The notes beneath the pieces were generated by a model. The model searched no databases and was not told the origin of the DNA. It saw nothing but the letters and a program-made list of their open reading frames with translations. Positions 57,863-64,000 of a stretch of DNA of 64,000 nucleotides are shown here, piece by piece. The stretch comes from Acidimicrobiaceae bacterium (lineage in GTDB: Bacteria; Actinomycetota; Acidimicrobiia; Acidimicrobiales; MedAcidi-G1). Each line of letters starts with the position of its first letter. The stretch's first letter is position 1. Location: assembly GCA_002729765.1 (NCBI GenBank), contig PBYV01000081.1, forward strand, positions 10,377-74,376, given 5' to 3'. A program made the position numbers and the translations under genes.

Positions 57863-60367
57863 TCATACAAAAAACGACTCTAATGAGCTAGTTTTTTCTG
57901 GTGACCATCCAATTACTTTTAAAATTTCATTCAATGGACCTCTAAAAGACTTCTCAAATTGCTTTTCATAATCAATATAATCATGTAGCCCAAATTCTTC
58001 AGGTAAACCTTCCATCATAGCGATGACACTATCCCTGATAGGATTGGGCTGTATTAAATAGACAAATTTAATCTTTTCACCCTCTTGAATAAAAGGATGT
58101 TTTTTATGCAACTGCTTCTGCTTTAAATAGTGATTATATAAGCGAGTTGCTTTTACGTGCACAGGTGTCCCTTTACCGTAAATATCTTTACCACCATTAT
58201 ACTTTTCAATTCCCTTGACTGACCTAGGAAACGCAATATTTTCGATAGGTTCTTTTTCGAACTGTTCTCTAAAATCCGCGATGAATTTTTGAATGGCTGC
58301 CTCATCTTGATTAATGATAATATCAAAAGACTTTTTCAACTTATCTCTACAAGATGTTGGCGTTGAGGATTTAACAGATTCGATCCCCATAACTTTAAGT
58401 CGTGGATTAGTATATCTCACTCCTTCATTATCATGGACATTAAGAATATAATGTTTCTTCCCTGTCCATATTCCTTTGTCAGCTAGACATTCTCTTTTCA
58501 TAAACATCTTCTGATCAAAAGCATTTGTATAATTTGCGAGATCCGCATATCCATTATCAATCACTCCTTGGAGCTTCTCTTCACATACCTTATCTAGAAA
58601 ATTAATAACTTTTGTGGGATCTGGATTTTCCGGAAATACTTTTTCTACTAACTTCCCTAAAGTAATATAGAGGGAATCAGTATCCGATGCGAGTACATAA
58701 TCTTCTTCTTCTGTCTCCATAACTTTATTAAGATAATTATTGACCACCGATTCTGCCCAACGAATACTGAGTTGCCCCCCTAATGTAATAGCTTCAGATA
58801 TTCTCAAATCAAAGAATCTAAAATATGGATTCCCGAAAGCACCATAAACACTATTAAGCATTAACTTCATAGCTGTTTGTTTATTGCCAAAGGAATCTGC
58901 TTCTTTTTTTAATTTTTCTATTTCATCTGGATCAGTCGCTTTCTCTAATTTCTTCTTAGCCTCAATCATCTTCTTTTTAAAGATGACGCGATTATCATAC
59001 TTCTCTTGCATTATTCTAGGCAAGAATCCTTGTACATCTTTTCTGAATCCTTGTCCATTAGGAGCGATGATAATATCTTTATCATAATATTTGTTTAAAT
59101 CTATTTCCTTATGCAATAAAGAATCGACTCGACATGGCTCTGTAACACCTGTTAAAATAGTATCAGGACTAACATTGTATTGCATGATTAAATGAGGATA
59201 TAGACTATTTAAATCGAAACTAACAACCCAATTATGTAAGCCTGCTTGAACCTCTTTTACATACGCGCCGGTGTAAGCCGCATTTTTTGTATTATCTTTT
59301 TTAGGTGGTACTATTATATTTCTATTCATTAGATCATTTGCAAGAATCACTTCCCACATCATAACCATTCCAAATGTATCTTGATAGTTAACCTTTGCTT
59401 CATAAGCCAGTGCAACCACCATCTCTATTAATTTTTTCTTTTCTTCTAATCGTTCTACTAACTGAGTATCTTTAATATTATAATCGATAAACAATTGATA
59501 ATTCTCTTTATACAATGTATGAAGGTTTCCATATTCTTCGAAAGACAATTTCCTTTCACCTAATTCAACGGAAGCAATATAATCTAATCTATAGCTTTCT
59601 GATGGTGGTGAATTCCTTCTGTATACATCTATATAATCAATTACAGATATTCCAATAAGATCATGAAAGATTGTTTCTCTACCTCTAAAAGTTGTTGATC
59701 GTTCATTAACCATTCTCCAAGGCGATAATCTTTTAACAGTCTTTTTATCAAATAATCTACTAGTTCTATTAACCAAATATGGTATATCAAATCCCTGAAT
59801 ATTCCATCCCGTAACAATGTCTGGTGCTAACTTTTCCCAAAATGAAAGAAACTCTTCAATCAAATGATTCTCATCTGCACAATGAAAATATTCAACAGCG
59901 GGGTTTGTATTATTGTATTCACCACATCCAAACACGTAATATTTTCCTTTTGCTCCAACAGTTATTGCTTGTATCTCTTCAGAAGCGGGTATTGGATCTG
60001 GAAATCCATGTTCTGAGGCAACCTCTATGTCAATACTAGCAACTATTAATTGTGAAAAGTCATAATCAATTCCCCTATCCTTAGGGAACTCATCGTAAAT
60101 ATAACTATATCTCCAAGCAGTCATTCCGTAAATTTGGAAATTTTCTACCCCATCATACTTACGAATAAAGTCTCTTGTTTCTTTTATTGTGCCTGGTTTG
60201 ATAGGTGCTAATGTTTTACCATCAATAGTTTTAAACTTTGATTTTTCTTGAGTGGGGATATATACTGTGGGATGATATTCAATACGATCATCGAAACGTT
60301 GACCATTTTCATATCCTCTCACTAAAACATGATCACCGACTTGGTGTACATTTGTATAAAATTTCAT
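57863..60367 (-). CDS. gp43: Family B DNA polymerase (T4 gp43)
   Basis: DIEV, TGWN...FDIPY, YNIKD, SFDLNSLYP, K..LNS.YG, SDTDS, KKHY. Confidence 0.97.
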   Translation of the reverse strand: MKFYTNVHQVGDHVLVRGYENGQRFDDRIEYHPTVYIPTQEKSKFKTIDGKTLAPIKPGTIKETRDFIRKYDGVENFQIYGMTAWRYSYIYDEFPKDRGIDYDFSQLIVASIDIEVASEHGFPDPIPASEEIQAITVGAKGKYYVFGCGEYNNTNPAVEYFHCADENHLIEEFLSFWEKLAPDIVTGWNIQGFDIPYLVNRTSRLFDKKTVKRLSPWRMVNERSTTFRGRETIFHDLIGISVIDYIDVYRRNSPPSESYRLDYIASVELGERKLSFEEYGNLHTLYKENYQLFIDYNIKDTQLVERLEEKKKLIEMVVALAYEAKVNYQDTFGMVMMWEVILANDLMNRNIIVPPKKDNTKNAAYTGAYVKEVQAGLHNWVVSFDLNSLYPHLIMQYNVSPDTILTGVTEPCRVDSLLHKEIDLNKYYDKDIIIAPNGQGFRKDVQGFLPRIMQEKYDNRVIFKKKMIEAKKKLEKATDPDEIEKLKKEADSFGNKQTAMKLMLNSVYGAFGNPYFRFFDLRISEAITLGGQLSIRWAESVVNNYLNKVMETEEEDYVLASDTDSLYITLGKLVEKVFPENPDPTKVINFLDKVCEEKLQGVIDNGYADLANYTNAFDQKMFMKRECLADKGIWTGKKHYILNVHDNEGVRYTNPRLKVMGIESVKSSTPTSCRDKLKKSFDIIINQDEAAIQKFIADFREQFEKEPIENIAFPRSVKGIEKYNGGKDIYGKGTPVHVKATRLYNHYLKQKQLHKKHPFIQEGEKIKFVYLIQPNPIRDSVIAMMEGLPEEFGLHDYIDYEKQFEKSFRGPLNEILKVIGWSPEKTSSLESFFV

Positions 60368-60534
60368 TTTTGGAAGTAGTCGATTTTACTGTAGTCTAGT
60401 TTATGTCCGTAAGATTCTAATTTCTTTCGTGTCCATAATATCTGATCATCAATCTTGCTCCTACCCCTATATGCTCCAATCAGATAAAGAAATTGAAGAT
60501 ATATTAAAAGAGGAAGTATTAATAATCTGTTCAT
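60364..60534 (-). CDS. Small membrane protein, 56 aa (not in ORF track)
   Basis: MNRLLILPLLIYLQFLYLIGAYRGRSKIDDQILWTRKKLESYGHKLDYSKIDYFQK. ATGA overlaps at both ends (with the peptidase stop and the gp43 start). Confidence 0.65.
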   Translation of the reverse strand: MNRLLILPLLIYLQFLYLIGAYRGRSKIDDQILWTRKKLESYGHKLDYSKIDYFQK

Positions 60535-61034
60535 TGAATTAATCCTGGCTTGTAAACAGTTTTTCCTTTAATTCTCAAAGCAGTATTAATCTTTTTGCGA
60601 TTCTGGCCATTTGTTTTATAAGAGCAATGTACCCAACCGCTACTGGGTTCGCCTTGAGTATAAAATTCTAAAATTAGTTGATCAAAATCTAAATTGTCTC
60701 TAACCCAGCATGCTAATTTATAATTACCTATCCTGGAACTTTCAAAGTCAGCTGCTTCACCAAAACAATGTTGACTTGTCTTAGATCCTCCAACTGCCTT
60801 ATTCAAAGCAAGCCCTCTATAGCCACTATTCACACGCAGTGGTCCGAATTCATCTCTTGCCGGTTGTAAAATATGATTTGCAACATTTACGAGGTTAACT
60901 AAAATCTGTGCAGAATCGGGCATATTTGATATTCCCATTCTTTCTGCTGTTGAACTTTTCACAAGTTCAGGAAGAGTAAAGTTAGGTGCGACTCTAATAT
61001 CTTCATCCGTATTTAATAACTTTATTGCGCTCAT
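60531..61034 (-). CDS. Peptidase M15A (D-Ala-D-Ala carboxypeptidase/endolysin-like)
   Basis: NFTL.EL.KS, SGYR, SQH..GEAAD, DQLILE, WVH.S. Confidence 0.85.
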   Translation of the reverse strand: MSAIKLLNTDEDIRVAPNFTLPELVKSSTAERMGISNMPDSAQILVNLVNVANHILQPARDEFGPLRVNSGYRGLALNKAVGGSKTSQHCFGEAADFESSRIGNYKLACWVRDNLDFDQLILEFYTQGEPSSGWVHCSYKTNGQNRKKINTALRIKGKTVYKPGLIQ

Positions 61035-61053
61035 TGTAAATTCCTATTGTATA

Positions 61054-61082
61054 ATTATAGTTGAAAACAACTGAAATGTCAA
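61054..61082 (-). promoter_or_regulatory. Perfect sigma70 promoter upstream of the peptidase-gp43 operon
   Basis: TTGACA-17 nt-TATAAT. Confidence 0.85.
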
Positions 61083-61086
61083 CTAT

Positions 61087-61142
61087 AAAAGAGGGTTTGT
61101 TAAACATAATTCTATATGCATATTTATAACGCACCCTCTTTT
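61087..61142 (-). terminator. Long-loop inverted repeat after hsp20 enclosing a late promoter (TATAAATA, 61121-61128)
   Basis: AAAAGAGGGT (61087-61096) and ACCCTCTTTT (61133-61142) form a perfect 10-bp inverted repeat, plus GTTA/TAAC. Confidence 0.55.
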
Positions 61143-61154
61143 GGATTTACGATA

Positions 61155-61598
61155 TTACTTCGTAACAATAGGGATCTGCTTTGATTTCTTTTCCTCAGGA
61201 ACAATTCGTTCTAAGGCAATGGTTAGCATTCCACTATCTAATTTAGCGGCTTTAACTACCATATCATCAGCAAGAGTCCAGGACCTCTTAAAAGAGCGTC
61301 TGGCGATTCCCTGATGAAGAAATTCTTCTTCAGATTTTTCCGTTTGACTTGAAATAGTCAACGTTCCATCTTCAACATTTACCGAAAGGTCCTTTTCGGA
61401 TAATCCCGCAACAGCAACTTCAAGAGTATAATCCTCACCATCCTTTTTAAGATTATAAGGTGGGTATCCTGAATTAGGAATAGTGTTACTACACTCAATG
61501 AATCTATCAAATAGATTATCAAAACCTACTGATCGACCTAATGCTTGTTCTAACTGTTTATGGGTGGGAAACATGGAAAGTGCGTTAGTTGTTAACAT
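61155..61598 (-). CDS. hsp20: Small heat-shock protein (Hsp20/IbpA-like)
   Basis: GFD, YPPYN, E.AVAG, H.GIA.R.F.R.W.L, GML.I.L. The true start is at 61598 behind AAGGAGG. Confidence 0.92.
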   Translation of the reverse strand: MLTTNALSMFPTHKQLEQALGRSVGFDNLFDRFIECSNTIPNSGYPPYNLKKDGEDYTLEVAVAGLSEKDLSVNVEDGTLTISSQTEKSEEEFLHQGIARRSFKRSWTLADDMVVKAAKLDSGMLTIALERIVPEEKKSKQIPIVTK

Positions 61599-61600
61599 AT

Positions 61601-61667
61601 GTCCTCCTTCTTTAAGCAAAGACGTTAATAAGATCATCGAGAACCCTTACGCAAGCAATTCTCAATG
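61601..61667 (-). promoter_or_regulatory. ROSE-like RNA thermometer in the hsp20 5' UTR
   Basis: GUCUUUGCUU-AAAG-AAGGAGGAC hairpin pairs UUGCU with the SD and leaves a bulged G; a second hairpin lies at 61635-61667. Confidence 0.6.
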
Positions 61668-61683
61668 TTGTATTAAGAGAAGA

Positions 61684-61875
61684 TTAGTCTCTCCAACCTT
61701 CTCCTGCTATAAAATGTTCAAATCTATGTTTGAACACAATCCATAATAAGTGTATTATGGAGTTGGCACTATATGTTCCACATTCGTCAAACTCTGTAGT
61801 GCCGGTTTCAGGATCAGTTATAACTTCTTCAAAAACTTCTAAGTCAAAACTGTGCCCTACTACTTTACGTCTCAT
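61684..61875 (-). CDS. Hypothetical protein
   Basis: 63 aa, ATGA-coupled to dut. Confidence 0.6.
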   Translation of the reverse strand: MRRKVVGHSFDLEVFEEVITDPETGTTEFDECGTYSANSIIHLLWIVFKHRFEHFIAGEGWRD

Positions 61876-62381
61876 TTGCCTGTACTTCCAAAACCACCAT
61901 CACGGCTGGTTTTCTGTTTAGGCGGAGACTTAATTTCTTCTATATTATAATGTAAATCTCTCACAAGTTCTCCTTGTGCGATCCTATCACCATTATTTAT
62001 AACGATCGACTGAACATCTGATAAATTAACCACGGGAATGAATAATGGTTCAACATAATCAGAATCTATCACTCCTTCGCAATTAATAAAACTCATTCCT
62101 TGTTTAATCGCTGTTCCGGATCTTGGATGTATTCTTACTGAATGTCCAGGTGGTATATCTAAAATAATTCCTGTCGGCACTAAGACTCTTTGAAAAGGAT
62201 GTATTGTTATATTTTTATCGTGTCTTTCAATAAAATCTTTTCTATTATCATTCCAAAACCTACATCCTATTTCCGGTGTATAATATGCATGTATATCAAA
62301 ACATGCTGAACCTTTTGTGGAAAATACTGGAAGCTTTACGTCTGGATATAATTTATGGGCTTTCAAACTTAATGTCGTCAT
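61872..62381 (-). CDS. dut: Trimeric dUTPase
   Basis: GSACFD, PTG, PRSG, GVIDSDY, GDRIAQ, RDGGFGSTG. Confidence 0.93.
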   Translation of the reverse strand: MTTLSLKAHKLYPDVKLPVFSTKGSACFDIHAYYTPEIGCRFWNDNRKDFIERHDKNITIHPFQRVLVPTGIILDIPPGHSVRIHPRSGTAIKQGMSFINCEGVIDSDYVEPLFIPVVNLSDVQSIVINNGDRIAQGELVRDLHYNIEEIKSPPKQKTSRDGGFGSTGK

Positions 62382-62781
62382 GTTTTTTATTACCTATATT
62401 ATATTTCGCAACTAAATCCCATTCATCTTTCTTTTTGAAAGATATAATCTTTAATTGATTAATTGGAACTACGTTATCATCATTAATTTTTTCACTATCA
62501 ACTTTCTGAACCAGATCCCATTCGGCTAATAAATTGACTATTGTATTACGCCTTGCGGCATCATTATCCGAAAAATTAGATGGTTTTCCATCTAACATAA
62601 ACAATTCTTTAAAATGAACGATGTAATATCTGGCTTGTTTATGAAGTATATGACAAGATTGATATAATATCTTATCCTTCTTAGAAGCCACACCTATTCT
62701 AGTTAGTGTTTCCTTTACCTTTAAAAAATCATCGGGCTGTTTCAACTTGATTTCGACTAGAGATTCTATCTCTACACTCAT
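62353..62781 (-). CDS. regA: RegA translational repressor
   Basis: DFLKVKETLTRIGVAS, LYQSCHILHKQ.RYYIVHFKELF.LDGK, KY.IG. Confidence 0.95.
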   Translation of the reverse strand: MSVEIESLVEIKLKQPDDFLKVKETLTRIGVASKKDKILYQSCHILHKQARYYIVHFKELFMLDGKPSNFSDNDAARRNTIVNLLAEWDLVQKVDSEKINDDNVVPINQLKIISFKKKDEWDLVAKYNIGNKKHDDIKFESP

Positions 62782-63178
62782 TGTTCTCCTTCAATCCACC
62801 TGTAAATAATTCTTGCCTAAGATTATTCAGATCCTCATCACTGAAGATATCAACAACCTCTCGCGCTTTCTGAAGGCTGTATCCATAATGTTCAACGATA
62901 AGATCTATGGCTTCGTACTTTTCAGCTTTGAGCCATCGACCAAATCTATTCTTGGGTCTGATAATATTTAGCAAATAGTGGTATTGAAGCTTGCTATCCA
63001 GATAAGTTCTAATATTCATCTCATTAGCTTGGAGAATCGTATCGAAGTTAAAACTTAAAGATCGATTAACGAGAAACGGTTTATATTGACTTTCTAATTG
63101 ATTATCTATATCGTCTTTCAATAAATCTTTCTTCTTGTAATTAATATCATTTACAAAGTCAAAGGGGTTCATTGCCAT
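62729..63178 (-). CDS. gp62: Clamp loader small subunit (T4 gp62)
   Basis: Y.PF.VNRSLS, ANEMN, R...RF..W.K, YGYS..KA; synteny 44-62-regA. Confidence 0.9.
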   Translation of the reverse strand: MAMNPFDFVNDINYKKKDLLKDDIDNQLESQYKPFLVNRSLSFNFDTILQANEMNIRTYLDSKLQYHYLLNIIRPKNRFGRWLKAEKYEAIDLIVEHYGYSLQKAREVVDIFSDEDLNNLRQELFTGGLKENNECRDRISSRNQVETAR

Positions 63179-63999
63179 TGTCCTTCTACCATGATTTCAA
63201 TTAAACATGCTGTAAGATTTATGTCTTGATCGGCCGCGAATGCACTCTTATATTGATAATCAGCTAATAAGAGTATTACGGGTGGTAATGTATTAGGTGT
63301 CAAATGCTCATGTAAATTATCATATAATTTTCTATATACTGTCCTAGCATCTGTATGACTTGTGTCAACCACCCATTTACGTACCTTTGTGAAGTTCTTT
63401 TCTTTTAACGCGTTAATAAGCGCATTAAAATCGCTATCTGAGAGCAAACTGAGGATTCCACTATCAATCTGTCCACTACTACTATAACGCTGTAATTCAT
63501 TTAATGTTCTTCTAAAATCAGGATAATACTTCATAATGAGTTCAACAACAACCTTTTCGTTAAACTCAACCTTATTCTCATTAAGAATTGTTGTGATTCT
63601 CTCTAATAACTGTTGCGCTATCTTAGGAGATTCTTTTTTATCTACCTTAAATTCAACCACCGAACATCGAGAATGAATAGGATCGATAATTCTATTAAGA
63701 TAATTACATGTGAAAATGAAACTACAGTTATCAGCGAATCGCTCAATAAAGCCACGCATTGCTGGTTGTGTAGATTGAGGATTCAAATAATCAGCCTCAT
63801 CTATAATAACTACCTTGCGACCACCAATCAATGAAACGCTGCTGCAATAATTTTCTAACTTAACTCTTAATAAATCAATACCAGATTCCTGAGAACCATT
63901 GATAATCAAATAGTCTAAGCCGATCTCTTTACACATTGCCTTCGCAACTGTAGTCTTCCCCATGCCAGGTCCACCACATAAAAGAAGATTCGGTATATT
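63169..63999 (-). CDS. gp44: Clamp loader large subunit (T4 gp44), 5' end outside the window
   Basis: The frame stays open to the window edge (NIPNLLLCGGPGMGKTT, Walker A); IIDEAD, SRC, PDFRR. Confidence 0.95.
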   Translation of the reverse strand, partial: NIPNLLLCGGPGMGKTTVAKAMCKEIGLDYLIINGSQESGIDLLRVKLENYCSSVSLIGGRKVVIIDEADYLNPQSTQPAMRGFIERFADNCSFIFTCNYLNRIIDPIHSRCSVVEFKVDKKESPKIAQQLLERITTILNENKVEFNEKVVVELIMKYYPDFRRTLNELQRYSSSGQIDSGILSLLSDSDFNALINALKEKNFTKVRKWVVDTSHTDARTVYRKLYDNLHEHLTPNTLPPVILLLADYQYKSAFAADQDINLTACLIEIMVEGQWQ

Positions 64000-64000
64000 A

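Overview
An AT-rich, densely coding 64 kb segment of a large T4-like (marine myovirus-type) phage genome. It reads in genetic code 11, and all but one gene lie on the minus strand. The right half holds the T4-type replication core: gp44, gp62, regA, dUTPase, hsp20, gp43, uvsX, gp40, gp41, gp61, thyX, class II nrdJ and RNase H. It also holds a late block of structural and probably head-packaged proteins, several with T4-like capsid-targeting N-termini. At 26.8-30.8 kb is a heptose/glycosyl cassette (GmhA, HddA, nucleotidyltransferase, glycosyltransferase, pyruvyltransferase-like). The left ~22 kb, running off the window, is the most striking region: an unbroken, translationally coupled island of about 20 tailoring enzymes. 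These are 6 SPASM/twitch radical SAM, 2 B12-dependent radical SAM, 5 Fe/2OG-type oxygenases, 2 flavin halogenase-like proteins, a QueC-like ATPase, a mini adenylation enzyme, a methyltransferase, and support enzymes (MTA/SAH nucleosidase-like, nitroreductase, aldo-keto reductase). No scaffold synthase or precursor is visible. I also see a ROSE-like RNA thermometer over the hsp20 ribosome-binding site, perfect sigma70 promoters, T4-type late promoters, terminators, and three ORFs missing from the ORF track. All assignments come from motif recognition by eye; no database search was run.
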